This document shows positions 11,636 through 25,440 of a stretch of 64,000 nucleotides of DNA, one piece after another. Position numbers and translations under genes: made by a program. The stretch comes from Octopus bimaculoides (taxonomy: Eukaryota), in the NCBI RefSeq assembly GCF_001194135.2, contig NC_068986.1, positions 24,160,572 to 24,224,571 of the forward strand. Reading direction: 5' to 3'. Within the stretch, counting starts at the first letter, position 1. The number at the start of each line of letters is the position of its first letter. Below the pieces are notes generated by a model. It was not told the origin of the DNA. It worked only from the letters and a program-made list of their open reading frames with translations, and ran no database searches.

Positions 11636-12745
11636 AAGTAATTTTGAGTGTAAAGCGTTAGTTTCATAATCAGTCGGCATACCAGCATAGCGAAATATCT
11701 GTCAACGACCGACTGGTTCGAAAAATAGGAACTTCTCAACCCACCCCTGATCTCGAGCGTATTTCATGAAGTACAGCTCTAACTGCAGTAACTACACTAA
11801 CTGTTGTATCAGTTATTAAAGTAATGACATATGTCTCTGTCCGCTGAGCAAGATTGTGCTAATTAGCTAGTTTGAATGGATCGGTTATACGTTGAGTTAA
11901 TTATAATGTTAATCAGCCAATAATATCGGCATTTATGAAGTAAGTTAATGAAATAAGCTAAGTCTTAAAGTCAATTTAAAAGTTTTATCGAATTAGTTAC
12001 GCTAATAGAATATTCAATGTTACTATATTTGTATGCATATATTCTTTTTAAAATTAGCTGCTAACAATATGAATAAAAATCTCAATGGCAATGCCGTCCA
12101 ATCATTATTATTGCTGAAAAGGGTTTTATACGTGTCAATGTAGGAATGAAGGTGTGTGTGTAAGCATATATGAGAATGAAGATGTACAAGTGTAAATATA
12201 TTTCTTCCCACAGTAGCTAGACAAGAAAATAATAATGATAATAACGTAAAGAAAATATAACCAGCATAGAATAAAAACAATCCAAAAGTTTAGAGTTTAT
12301 TGAAGAAAGTCTTAGAAAAAAATAGATTATATACAGATGGAGAGAAGGAAAAATAAATATAAATGAGAAAAATATAAAAATATGAATGTAGCCTTGGTGG
12401 AATTCTGGATACTGTAAGTTATATTGTGGAATGTATTGTGTGCAGCAGTTCAATTACGTAAAAATAATATATTGTAAATGGGTTTGTCGTGGTTTATCAG
12501 ATTTTTGGAAAATAAGTGCTGTATAAAAGTTATTGCGATGCTCATTATTGGGTTATGTTTAGTGGCATTGTATTTTAGTTGTATGATGTTTGTATGAAAT
12601 ATCATTATGAAAACATGACTTGTGTAAGTAGTTGAGAATTAGAAAGTGTTGAATTGAATAATAGGAGAGGCATATCGTGTGACTATTCCCTCTGTCTGTC
12701 TCTCTCATATATACATACACATATCTACTTATTTATCCATCGATG

Positions 12746-13917
12746 CACAGAGTATCCCAAACACATTTAGACATGTTTAAAACACTTCCTGAAGAATATC
12801 GGTTTTATTATCTACATCTTTCGCAAAGATTTGCATATGTCTTTTGTTCGTGTATCTATTGTTTCGTTCGTCTATAACAGGTTTGTAAACAAACATGGTT
12901 TCGAAAGCAGAACGTGACCAGATAATCACTTTGAAAAAGCTACCGTGAGCAACAAGACCATATAAAAAAGCAGTTGAATGTTTGCCGTAAATCAGTTTTC
13001 AATGACTGGAAACGATATATATATGGAATACGCTACTACTTCTAGCAAGCGAATTCCTGGCAAGAAGCGATCAATTCGTACCAAACAAATTTTTGACGCT
13101 GTGAAGAAGGGAGTGAACCGAAACCCCCGCAAGAGTGCAAAGATAACTGCAAAAATTCTTGCTATTTCGATTTTAAAGAGGATTTAAAGCTAACTGCACA
13201 CAAGAAACACACCCGGCAATTGATTTTAATAGCTTTCAAGAACAAATGGCTCGATAGGGGAAAACCACGCTAGAATGATAGGTTTTATGCACGTAATGCT
13301 GGAGACTTTCCTGAAGGTAGGAGGAGTCATTGACACCGTCTGATGTCAGCTTCAATTATGGTGTGGGACGGAGTTGCATCTGATGGGCCTAAGTGTCCCT
13401 TGATCGTCTTCGATACTTGCGTCAAGGTCACCAATGAAGTTTATGGGGAAAAGTTGGATGAGCCTGAGTCACAGAAACCTTTGGTGACCATTACATCTTC
13501 ATTCAGGAAGGGGCTCAGGTTCACATGTTCAATTTGACACAGAGGTGATGCAAAGAGTACTTCAGCGGTTTTGTGGACAAGACGTTGTGGCCTCCCTCAA
13601 CTTCAAAATTCAATTCCATGAACTTTTCTATCTGGCCCATCTTAGAGTGTAATATTGTGCTCGCTTCTATTCAAATGTGCTAGATCTGAAGAAAGCTTTT
13701 CTGTCTTCAGGGGTCGAGTTGGATGAAGAGGTGATACGGTGCTCACGCAACTCAGTGACCACTCGTTTGCAGGCTATAATCATTTTGAAATGTAATACTG
13801 CAATGCATGGAAAATGTGCATTAGAACGTCTGTGCCAAATTTCATTATCCTACCTGAAGTTTATTTTGAATAATTAAAAAATATCAATTAGCGAATCTTT
13901 CTGGGACACCCTCTGTG
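12746..13917 (+). mobile_element. decayed Tc1/mariner transposon, DD37D (maT) type
   Basis: HTH region RSIRTKQIFDAVKKGVNRNPRKSA; SASIMVWDGV; IQEGAQVH (QQDGAPAH) to WPPSTSKFNSMNFSIW (WPPSSPDLNPMD) with 37 residues between the 2nd and 3rd catalytic positions. First-D region deleted; stops present. Imperfect TIRs CACAGAG..T(A/G)TCCCA at 12746 and 13917. Confidence 0.85.
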
Positions 13918-15069
13918 AATGTGTGTGTGCCTGTCTGAGTGAGTATGCAAATAACATGCACATAAATGTGTGTGTATATATATGTATATACACACGCATA
14001 TATGTGAATATTATTTGTATACACACTCAGATACACACACACTTATACAGGATGTCCCAGAAAGGTTCACCAATTGATATTTTTTAGATCGATAGAATAA
14101 GAACGATGAAGATACATAGATAAAGAGAATGCTATAGATATGTAGACAGACAGATAGATACATACACACACTTACACATACATATATGCGTGCGTAAGTA
14201 CATACATATCTGCTTGCATATATACATGCATGCATACACACATACATAAATAATTACTTAGGTAGACCAGCGACAGCGTTGTAAATTTGTCACATATTCT
14301 AGATTGCTTTTTCTGTTATAAATGTTTGAGAGACTAGATTTAATTAACTGCAGCCATTTATCAGTTGCTGAAATATTGACACCCGTTGAGAAACAATTTG
14401 CTTTATTTCTAAGTTGAGAATATTTAACAAATTGACCACGGAGATTCATTTGTACTTAATAGCGTGATAAAGAAGCTCGATTTTTTTTCCACGCACAATG
14501 TCAAAATCTTATGTGATATGAATACTGAAATGGAGACTGTTCAAGTACACATATATACATACATACATGTTTGCATACATGTTTGCATACATGTTTGCAT
14601 ACATGCATATATATATATATATATANNNNNNNNNNNNNNNNNNNNNNNNNNNNNNNNNNNNNNNNNNNNNNNNNNNNNNNNNNNNNNNNNNNNNNNNNNN
14701 NNNNNNNNNNNNNNNNNNNNNNNNNNNNNNNNNNNNNNNNNNNNNNNNNNNNNNNNNNNNNNNNNNNNNNNNNNNNNNNNNNNNNNNNNNNNNNNNNNNN
14801 NNNNNNNNNNNNNNNNNNNNNNNNNNNNNNNNNNNNNNNNNNNNNNNNNNNNNNNNNNNNNNNNNNNNNNNNNNNNNNNNNNNNNNNNNNNNNNNNNNNN
14901 NNNNNNNNNNNNNNNNNNNNNNNNNNNNNNNNNNNNNNNNNNNNNNNNNNNNNNNNNNNNNNNNNNNNNNNNNNNNNNNNNNNNNNNNNNNNNNNNNNNN
15001 NNNNNNNNNNNNNNNNNNNNNNNNNNNNNNNNNNNNNNNNNNNNNNNNNNNNNNNNNNNNNNNNNNNCT

Positions 15070-15845
15070 ACGTTTGAACGTTCTAGTTCACTTCCGCTTT
15101 TTGCAGCAGTTCTTGGAAGAAAGGTGTGTAGTGTGTAATAGTCGCAATGAATATGACAAAGCAAGTTGAGCTGAGAATCTGCATGAAATTTTACCAGAAG
15201 ATTGGCGATACCTGCTCAGGGGCCTTCGCAAAGTTTTCAAAAAGTTTTTATCCTTCTCGATACAATCAAGGAGATCTTGTGCAACTTAAAGCCGAGTGTC
15301 TTTTTGGTCAACTGAAAGCCGTTTTGGCACAAACTTGGCAGACACGCGTCTCATACCCAAATCTTCAGTGGTAATGAACTGAACTGAATAGTAACTAATC
15401 CGTACATTCTCTGATAACTCACGGATGGTGAGTCGACGATTCACAACACAGTTGCACGCACATCTGCGATGTTTTTTCAGTTCTGCTGGTTGCTGGTCCC
15501 AGAACGTTTGTTAATATCGACATTTTTCAGCCATCGTGGAAACATCTGAACCGTACACTTGTGTGCGGTAATACACCCCTCTCCATACACTTTCTGCAAC
15601 TTTGCGTAGGCCTCTGAGCAGGTATGGCCATGACAACTTCCTCTGTCATGGTCTATAGGACGATCACATGCTATACACCTTCCTTCGAAGCACTACTGTA
15701 AACAGCGGAAGTGAGTTAGAACGTTAAAATTTAGTGAGCATGCACAGCAGATTTTGAAATCAATCTGTGCTGAGCAACTTCACTCTGCATGCTTTGGCTT
15801 CGTTATTATGGCAACAGTCATGATACTCATTGATCAGACCTCGTG
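15070..15845. mobile_element. mariner 5'-end inverted (fold-back) derivative
   Basis: Plus arm 15070-15245 encodes MTKQVELRICMKFYQKIGDTCS. Minus arm 15845-15230 has TIR CACGAGGTCTGATCAA and TCSEAYAKLQKVYG..RRLTIRELSE..EDLGMRRVSAKFVPKRLSVDQK..DKNFLKT. Confidence 0.85.
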
Positions 15846-17539
15846 TGCAGACATGCACACATAATTATATATAGCATATAGACCTAAACTCTCATGCATA
15901 AACACACACATACTGACACTCGTACACGCACAAATGGATCTCGGGCTTGCAAATGATGTAGAACAATTATAAAGGTGGGAATATCTAACTGGAGTATGTC
16001 TATGCAGGGCTTAAACTTTAGGGAAGCTAAAATAAGATCCGGTTACTCAAGCCTTAGAATCTCTCAGATTTGCTTTTAATAACCTGCAGATAGGTTTGAT
16101 TTCCGTACGAGGTTGATTGCAGTAGTTGTCGAATTCTGTTCCCCACTTTATTAGACTCTGTATTGTATTACACTCCAAAATTTTCTTTCTGCATTTATTT
16201 TTTTACAACATCCACATACAACAATAACTACAAGTCATTAGCCTCAATCACCACACAGCTAACTCTCAAACCTTTTCCTGTTACTGTAGGCCTTTATAAC
16301 GTGATTCTGGATGTGAGGAAAACCGGTGCCAGGTTCTTCATGATATTAATGAGGTACGCGAGCACCCGCTCATAAAGTGTTAGTTCAAGGTGATATTAAT
16401 ATCTGTCTTATTAGAAGAGAGGCTATTTATTGGGAAGCTAAGACTTTGGCACTCATTTTCCATTTTAGCATTGCTGCCAACAAATTGGGAAAAAACTGAA
16501 TGCCAGAATATGCCACGCAAACGGCTCACCTCACTGACACCATCGATGCATCACAATGACTGCTATGCGGCACAAAATCAGATTAATTTAGACGAAATTG
16601 TGAATTATGTGCTAGCGTACTTAATGTGACAATCACGTTAACTCTAATTAATCGATGTATCGAGGTGAGGTAAACATTGATGAAAAATTATTAATAAAAT
16701 CCAAACAAAGACAACAATCACAACTCAAAAAATATAAAATTATAATGAGTTTATGCATTTGATTCATAATTAAGTTCTTAACTACTAGTCAGCAGAAACT
16801 CATGTAAATTCATATAAACACTAAATTTTAAATAATGGCAATTCTAAACAGTTCAATTAATTTACTTACTGAATAAAATTAACTATTCATTTGAATATTC
16901 TTTGATCACTATATAATTCCCATTTGACACTTGCTGTTATTTTAAGTATTGCACTTCATTTTAATTTCATTACTATCGTATATTTTAATTGATATAATAA
17001 TCGCCAGCTAAAATATAGCATACGGTCTGAAATCAATGTCATTGCGTTGGTTAGAAATATCATGAAATCAAAGTATCATGAAGGCGGGAAATTTGTTGGC
17101 AGAGATGTTAGAGCGTCTTAGAGTAAGTCATATGGTATTAGCCCTGTCTCCCTGCTCTCTGAATTCAAAATAACGATGAGGCTAAAATTAACTATCATAA
17201 ACTGCAATTCAAGTCAAAGAAAAAGAGGAAGAGACAAAAGGACCAAATGTCATTTTAGAGCTTTGGGCTCATAAACCCGGTTTCTCAGATTCTTTGGTGT
17301 CGCTTGGTTATTTCTTATTTTTTATTTTTGTTTTTGCCAGTTTAATGAACTGTAGCAATGTGAATTGATGTGTTTTTCGCAAGAACACAGCGCATCTCTC
17401 GGTCTCGGAATCGAAACCACACTCTTATAATCACAAGCAAAGTATTCTATTCAACAAGTCCTTCCCCCTCTGCCAACCAAGTTAATTAGAAGGGTCCAAA
17501 TCCCCGATATTTCACCTATACTCTTTCACTCCCTGTCTC

Positions 17540-17574
17540 CTTCTCTCTCTCCTCTCTCTCTCTCTTTCTCTCTC

Positions 17575-17620
<46 letters not shown>
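17540..17620. repeat. (CT)n microsatellite
   Basis: Read directly from the sequence. Confidence 0.95.
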
Positions 17621-17624
<4 letters not shown>

Positions 17625-18379
17625 TCTGCCTTTGTTTCGCTGTCTCTATCTGCCTTTGTCTATCTGTCTCTCTGTCTCTCTCTATCTGTCTATCTCTTAT
17701 GGAAACTTTTATATGAGGGGTCTAAAAAGGTTCGTTAGGTACCACGGCTCCACCAATTTTTTCGCTACAACTGCGGACATAACAAGAAAGGAAAATGGTT
17801 TTAATACTAAGTCTTGCCTGAATCACGAAGATTCCAAAGAGATAGGAGAATCACTTAAGTCAGTGAAATATATATTCCTAGTATCATAACAGTACATTAT
17901 TTTCTGCAGCAAGAATAAATATTTTAAAATCTGTCATGTACATACTCTTATCTACCAACTCTTTATTAATGAATGTGTACGCAGCTAATGTTTTATATAG
18001 TCACCAAACTATATACATCTCCGCTGATGTATCTTGTTCTAAATTACTCCATATCCTTTTGCTTTCTATGCGGTATATTTGAGGTCTATTCTTCTCATTT
18101 GTATATCGAAATCAATGAAAATCTCTATAACAACAACTGGAATTTCAGATATTTAAGGTACTATATATTGAAAAACAATCAACGATAAACACTAGTACAT
18201 ATATACATGTAAGATTTTCCAGTATCGTTAATCGATATAGTGCTAAACTGGTGTGCGGTTGAATAATATATCCCTAGGAAAGAACAACTTCATTCCATAC
18301 AGACTTATATACATATATATAGGTATGTGTGTGTGTATGTGTGTTCGTGTGCATGTGCATGTGTGTTTATATATACTCT

Positions 18380-18865
18380 TTTACTTCTTTCAGCCATTTG
18401 ACTGCGGCTATGATGGAGCACCACAAGTCGACCCCAGGACTTATTCTTTATAAGCCTAGTACTTATTCTAGCGGTTCTCTTTTGCTGAAACGCTAAATTA
18501 AACACATCAACAGCAGTCAACTTGCGATGGTGGAGGGACAAACACAGACACACAAATATATATATATATGTATATATCCGACGGGCTTCTTTCAGTTTCC
18601 GTCTCCCGAATCCACNNNNNNNNNNNNNNNNNNNNNNNNNNNNNNNNNNNNNNNNNNNNNNNNNNNNNNNNNNNNNNNNNNNNNNNNNNNNNNNNNNNNN
18701 NNNNNNNNNNNNNNNNNNNNNNNNNNNNNNNNNNNNNNNCAGCAGTCAACTTGCGATGGTGGAGGGACAAACACAGACACACAAATATATATATATATGT
18801 ATATATCCGACGGGCTTCTTTCAGTTTCCGTCTCCCGAATCCACTCACAAGGCTCTGGTCCTTTG
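18380..18865 (-). mobile_element. SINE-B spanning an assembly gap
   Basis: CAGCCATTTGACTGCGGC..GAGCACC..GACCCCAGGACTTATTC..GGGCTTCTTTCAGTTTCCGTCT; 106 bp duplicated on both sides of the gap. Confidence 0.85.
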
Positions 18866-20029
18866 CCTATAGCCACTCCTATACATACATACATACATAC
18901 ATATATATATATAGTGTATTTACATATACATATATATGCACGTATATATACATATACACGTTTAATTTTATAGAATATTATAAGTAATATGTGTGAGTGT
19001 GTTTGTGTGTGTGCGCGCACCTATGCGTGTCTGTGTACCTGGGTGTGATGGAATTTCATCATATACAAAGCAAACAACTTGTTGTAGATGTCAACGCGAA
19101 AGCTTCCAGTTTTTTATGAAGAATGCATTTTGTGGAATGAAACTCCATAAATACCGGCTAACATGAAATCTGTAACCCGACTCAATTTCTCCCATCGCTC
19201 ATCCACTTCTCTCTGCTAAAGAACAAATATCTGAAATGAAAGCTCCGTCTTCTTTCTCACACTAAAATATAATCCACTGTTTTATGACTTCACAATTGTG
19301 CAGCTTGCTTATACTTAAACTGAAGTTATGGAACACTCTTAAACATAGTATTGGACACATTCGCCTTCTTAAAATAGAAATTGTAGGTAGTAATAAAGGC
19401 AGAAGAAAATAGTTGCTTTAATGATACGTTTATGTTGTCTATAGAAAGCGGAAGAACCGCATTTATTTGAAAGTTCGAGAAAATCTCTGAGTGCAAAGTT
19501 GTAATTGCGTTTTAAGAACAGAAGTTGGAAGAAGTTTTACCAGTATCCTCTGTTTTATACGCAACCGAAATGTTGTTCATGATGGAATACTTAATAAAAT
19601 GGTAGACACAAATATATTAAAGCCAATGGTTGGTTTGAATTTTGTCTACTTTTAAATAAATACCTAAGATAAACATCCGAAGCGAAATAATAAAATTCTA
19701 AGAGTTAGGTGATCCAACAATACCAGTGCATCTTATACAAACACCTTTAACAGAGGCAGAAATCCTATCCAGTTTTGTTAGATAAGAATGCTATTCTGTA
19801 AAACGTATATAATTTTAAGATGTTCTTAATTTCTTTGAAACTCGTGCTTTAAAAAAAATGGTTACGAATAAAACTTAAGATATTGATTCGGTTGGTTCTT
19901 CCTGTGACAATTACTAAATTATTACTGATTGGGGGAAGCATACTAGCAGTGAAAATACTAATAATCTAGTTCAAAACGATGCAAATGAATAAAGTCCTTT
20001 CAAGGTATCTAAGAAATAATATGTGGTTA

Positions 20030-20230
20030 GTAGTTAACCTTTAGCCTCCATGACTGAAATACTTTTGATCAAAGGCATTCCAGCCAACACCATCCCATCA
20101 TATTAAGTCCATACATGTGTGTGCCTCAAACAATGCGTCGTTCCACTTTCAAGATTCTAGAATGTAATTTGAAAGAACTTTGGCGGTTATTTTTTAGTAG
20201 ATCGTCGAAATAAATGAAGCCTCACTCTAA
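20030..20230 (+). mobile_element. additional short interspersed repeat fragment
   Basis: Tail AATGTAATTTGAAAGAACTTTGGCGGTTATTTTTTAGTAGATCG is related to the minus-strand copy at ~33295-33350 (CTCGACCTCCTAAAATAGCTGCCAAA). Confidence 0.45.
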
Positions 20231-20799
20231 GGCAAACGCCTGCTAATGTGATATGGTTTCTAATTTCTATTCTCTCATGAAAACAAAACAAAAAGATAGA
20301 GAAAGGTTTCTATATTTACACCAAAATGACCCAACTACAATTAAATGAAAAACTAAGCGAGGATGATAACTATTATTGCCAGAAATATTATATGAACGAA
20401 TCGTATCACTTTGTTTCCAGTGATACGAGAATTCTATTAGTAAATATAATACTATTATTAAAGGAAAAACAAGAAGGATGTATAATTAATGAGTGTAAAA
20501 TAATTACTTTCACTTGTTTCGCTTGCATATCAGCTGTGTAGAAATAATCACTCATTGTAATATCTAGAAAACATGAAAACATTAAAAACACATTTCGTGT
20601 GCGAGATGAACGAAATTACTTTTGTTATATTTCTATAGTAATAAATACAATGCATACAATTATGTATGGAAACAACTGTGCTTTTTATTAAAGAAATGTA
20701 AATAAAATACATTTATGAGCGTTTAGTTTCTTAACAAATAGTATAAATAATACGTATGTTGCGAACTGCATATGTAGCGTATGTCATACGTATATTTAT

Positions 20800-22800
20800 T
20801 GAATTAATTTGGGTGTTTGGTTTTAGAGAAGGTGAGAAGTCTATAGTCTTTACGTTTTCATACGACCAATGAAACTGACGTAGTTACTGTTCCTCTGGAA
20901 CAAATGTAGCTCGACTTCTCCTGAGGGACAATTTCAAATAGCTGACGTTCTGATGCGAAAAGTCACTACATCCTTCCTTTTCGTAAGAAAACAATGATTA
21001 CTAAAGGATCTGAGATGGGTGGAAACAATATGGATGACAAGTGAATACTAGAGAAAGAGTCCCTGGACTTAAGTTGAGTTACATAAGACCAACAAGACTA
21101 CTCCAAGAAACAGTAGCCTCTGTAATAAAAGGAGAAATGGCAAAAAGTTAAAAGAGTACATCTGTAGGATGAACGTTGGTATAGGTTTCTGAATGATTAT
21201 CTTCCAGGCAACATTTGTTTGGATGTGGCGCATAGGATGCCTGTGTGTATAAGCGAATCTGTATAGCACATGGGATTGTGAGTTTTATATGAACTTTTAA
21301 AGAAATTTATGGTCCGTAACGATTGAACTGTTTTCTGACATTGAACAAGAAGATTAGTTTATATGATGCAGTTTTGTCTCTAACGAGGATATGCATTCAC
21401 TCGTACAAATCTTTAATGATGTTGGACCATAGCATTTGCGTCGACCTCAAGCGTTCTACATAAAATATTTTCTATATCTTTAATGAATATGCACATTTAC
21501 TATTGAAGGAAGCACGATAGGAATGACCACAGGGAAAGATATTATCAAGTTATTTCTCTGTGCAATGAGAAACGATCTCACGTGTAGTATCTTACATTCG
21601 TGTAGAAGACGCTGAGTTCCGGAAGGTTACAGATCCAAGAGAATAGAGAGGGGTATCATAGACGAGATTTTTGACCGGGGGGTTTCCTGCCAAACAAGAT
21701 CGGAAACAATTATGCGGTCAAGATAACTTTTCAAAATGGTGAGACTTGTTATAAGGCAGGAGAAACAGGAGGTGATGAAAGCTATTAATGTTAATGGCAG
21801 TCTATGCCACTTTCTATATTATAAAAATGAAGATAATAGTGTAATATTTGGCGGGATCATAAAGGTTTCTGTCTTCTGAGTGGGACGTTATATAAAGATA
21901 TGAATACATACTTGTCGAAATTGAAGCGTTTAGTAAGGGTAACTGCTAACTCTGAATCTGTGATTATTTGAGAATAATGAAATAGCTTTGTCAAAATCGA
22001 TGACATTATTGGGTTGAAGTGATAGAATTTTTCAGGTTTATCGTGTGCGCGTACGTGGTGGTAGCCTTGTGCATTGGAAGGGATACTTGTAAAGGAGTTT
22101 TACTTCGTGTGTGCAGTGTGGGGTAGGTGCAAAATGGCTAACAATAGTAGATTTCTCCGCTGGAGAGAAGTGGTATAAATTAGAATTCTACAAACTTTGT
22201 AGAGATTCTTTTGACAAGATGCCGAAAACAACGACTGTAGCTAGAGAGTTGTTGTAATGGATTTACGATGGGTACAGATGATCTTCGCTGACATTTGATA
22301 ATTTAGCAGGACTTCTGGTGCGGCTGATTTTTTTCATTTATTGCATGTAGATTTTTTTTTTTTTTACCTAAAAAGCTTCAGCAAAATAATGAGTAAAACA
22401 TTTTGAGGCCAAGTGAAACCAAGTTTTGAATTTTTTTGTTGGATGCGGAACGATATATCTAAAAGGGTAGTTTCAGTCACAAAACTAACCGCCTTTGGTG
22501 GTTATGGATTCCTAGAAATGAACTTGCAGAGAGGCATCCTGTCAGGTGACCTAAAATGCCATAGGCTCTGGGAGAATACTGTATAGTATATGGATGTTAG
22601 GTGAATAATGGAGAGAAAGCAATTGTATGGTAAATCGATGGGTACAGAATCAGAGAAGATTACGAAGAGAACGGGTTTGCAAGTGAGAAAAATTACAGGT
22701 ATGTTTGGGAGTAAGTGTGGCTGAGACCAGTACAGGATGAGCGTTACACTGCACGAAGTGCACGAACATTGGAAACACAAATGGTGATTACCTTACAGAG
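20800..22800 (-). mobile_element. ancient decayed LINE remnant (endonuclease/linker region)
   Basis: Residual minus-strand motifs SNVRALR, TKGG..W..L, YRKWHRLP, FPP..LFAS amid many stops; strand-skewed composition over ~2 kb. Confidence 0.3.
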
Positions 22801-23149
22801 GATGACATATAGCATAACATAGAATAAATATGATTACATCATTGTCAGTATATCGTAATCATTGGGACACAGCACTCTCTATATCTTTTTCTCTATATAT
22901 ATTTTTTCTCTCTCTTTCTCTTTTTCCCTCTCTTTCCAAACACATTTCTTTAATGTTTGGATCTGTCTGCTGCATGCGCTGGATATTTATAAGATTATGG
23001 GACCAAAGTATATTAGCTATCGTTTATATTACGTATGTATTTTAAAACGGTTCAAAGCGTCCGAATAAATTGTTGAGGAAGTTTAGATATTTTATTTTGA
23101 ATATATTAGTTCATGATTTAGGTATACTACCAGCAATTTACTGGGTAAG

Positions 23150-23270
23150 GCTTTCGACGACTCCCTCGACCTCAAGATATACTTGTTACTTTGAATTTAT
23201 CGATCTCAGAATTGAAAAAATGGTAAAGTTGACCTCGATAGAATTCAAAATCAGGACATAAAAAAAACGG
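23150..23270 (-). mobile_element. degenerate SINE-A core
   Basis: AATTTATCGATC..AAAGTTGACCTCGATAGAATT. Confidence 0.55.
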
Positions 23271-24959
23271 AAGAAATGACGCTAAACATTTTATCCGACG
23301 TTCTAATGATCCTACTTGATCGCTGCCTTTTATTTTGCTTTGGAACATAATAGAATATAGAATAGATAATGATAATAAAAAATGAAAGAGAACGCCATCA
23401 GTTTTATTCAATAAGATCTGGTTTGGAGAGGCAGCTTATCACGTTATACATTTATGCATCCAATTGTGCTATGAATTTAGGGGCAGAGTTGCACCTTTCT
23501 TAGGCTACATGCACATACGATTCTATATAACTTCGAATGAAAATGTCTGGCAAAACATAATTAAATTATTTCTAAAGCATCCGATTCTCAAGTATTTCTT
23601 TCTTCATTCATTCCAAAATTGCAAAATCACCAAAGTAACAAATTCTCTTAAGTAAGAATAAAATTAACCCAATCTCAATCGTCTCGTTTTGATTGGAGAT
23701 ACCGTTGTTTATATAAAACAAAAAAATTGAATTTTTCAAATTTAGTCAACGATTAAAAGCGTTTATATTGAGCAATTAAATTACAAAATACTTTACTTAT
23801 TGATATTGCATAGTGATCAATATTTCATATTGATCAATGTTATTTTTGCTTTTAGTAGAAATATTCCATATAAAGTAATTTTAATTTCGCGCGATTTTGG
23901 AATTTATGTTTAATTTTGTTTTCGGTTTATGGGAACAAATTGTGCTAATACAAAATAAAAAAAAAGATAAACTAAGAAATTAAATTTAAAAGAGTTATCT
24001 GTATTTTATTTGCGTATATTTGCCAGTACATATTTGTGAAATTTAATTAATTTAATTAGGAAAGAGCTTGGAAACACGAATTTCACTAAAATGTCCAAAT
24101 ACTAGTTAAATGCAATCTCATATTACACAGTCAATGGGAAGCACTTATACCAAGTTGTTCAGTTATGTGTTCCAGCCAAACCAACGTACGTAACAAAATA
24201 CAGAAGTGTTCGATCGCAAAGCAAAGTTTGCAGAACCGGAGTTAGATCGGTCTTTGTCGACGGAAACCTCAATCAGGAAATACTATAAGAAACGGCCACT
24301 ACAAGAGAGAGCAACAGATTCAATAGGTAGGAAATTTTAGTCAGGAAATCAGATTTTGTGACAGGTACGTTCACGGGTTGTGAGTAACAACGTGAATTTC
24401 GCTTAAATTCTCAAAGCCCAAAGGTGTTTAATAAATAGCTTTTCATTCAAAATCGATATATGGAAACGAAGCTTAGTGATGATCACTGGTTTTTGAAAAT
24501 AATAACGAAAATGTGTGGCTCGTACAATTTATTTCAGCAATACGTAAAATATTAATAATGCAGGTCTATAGAATTTAAATTGAATAGACAAGTGTTTCTG
24601 AAGCACGTTTCCGAGCTGTAACCAAATATGTTATTCATTTTCATCAATCCAGTCAGGATCTTTGTGTACACATTACCTTGGTTTTTTTTACAGAAAATAT
24701 GTGGTTTTTCTTGATTTTGTGTCCTCGTCTATCTTTGGAACAGTGGACCAAATTCTGAAAAGTGCTTCATTTTCAGCATTCCATTAAATAAAGTATGATG
24801 AAATTAGGAATGTAGATGATTTCAGGTATAAATAGTTAAATAATGGTTAGATTTCGGCCAGAAACGAGGATATTTGAAGCCTACAATATAGAAAATACGA
24901 AAGAATTCCTAAGGTCGTTATATTTTACTGATACAAAATCTTAAACACAACAAAATCTG

Positions 24960-25440
24960 AAAATTATAGAATATAATATGCTATCCCTAAAAGTTTTTTC
25001 TAGAGAACAACAAAGAGGCCAATTATAGGGAACTTGGCAGAAAATGCTCCGTTCTTTTTATTCTCTGGGATGCAAAATGTTCAGTGTTCAGTCATATGGA
25101 TCAATTTCCACAGATTTTGGGAGACGTCTGTGAGGAACAGGGATATCGATTTCACTAAGCTATGAAGGTAATAGAAGAGAGATATCAAAGGAAATGGGAT
25201 GTAAATATAATGGCTAATTACAGTTGGAGTATAAAACTGAAACGTCCACTGCCAAAACATTCAAAGATTTCTTCTTATATAATGAAATGCAGTGTTTTTT
25301 TTAGATATATCATGTTATATGCATATAATTTTCAAATTTTGTTGTGATTAAGATTCTGCATCAATAGAATAAAACAACACTCATTTTCACTTTTAAAATC
25401 GTATGCGAAAGACATCACCGTTCCTGGCCGAAAACTTACT
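24960..25440 (+). mobile_element. DNA transposon transposase C-terminal remnant (CMC/Chapaev-like; family assignment inferred)
   Basis: FLENNKEANYREL..KMLRSFYSLGCKM..SHMDQFPQILGDVCEEQGYRFH*AMKVIEERYQRKWDVNIMANYSWSIK matches the motif LGCNMS.K.H.LHSHLD.FP.NLG.VSEEQGERFHQD...ME.RYQG.W...MMADYCW. Confidence 0.7.

Noticed and set aside
12050-12650. Possible second Penelope GIY-YIG remnant (NNEHR) on the minus strand
   Set aside because: Only one weak motif in very AT-rich sequence.
18510-18845. Identical 106-bp direct repeat on both sides of a 124-N gap
   Set aside because: Perfect identity ending at the gap edges indicates unmerged overlapping contig ends, an assembly artefact.
19130-19215. 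Minus-strand QREVDERWEKLSRVTDFMLAGIY resembling the pre-M4 motif of Cys-loop (chemotactile-type) receptors
   Set aside because: No full hydrophobic M4, no upstream receptor domains, and surrounding frames have stops; ERWEK fits an ancient mariner C-terminus equally well.
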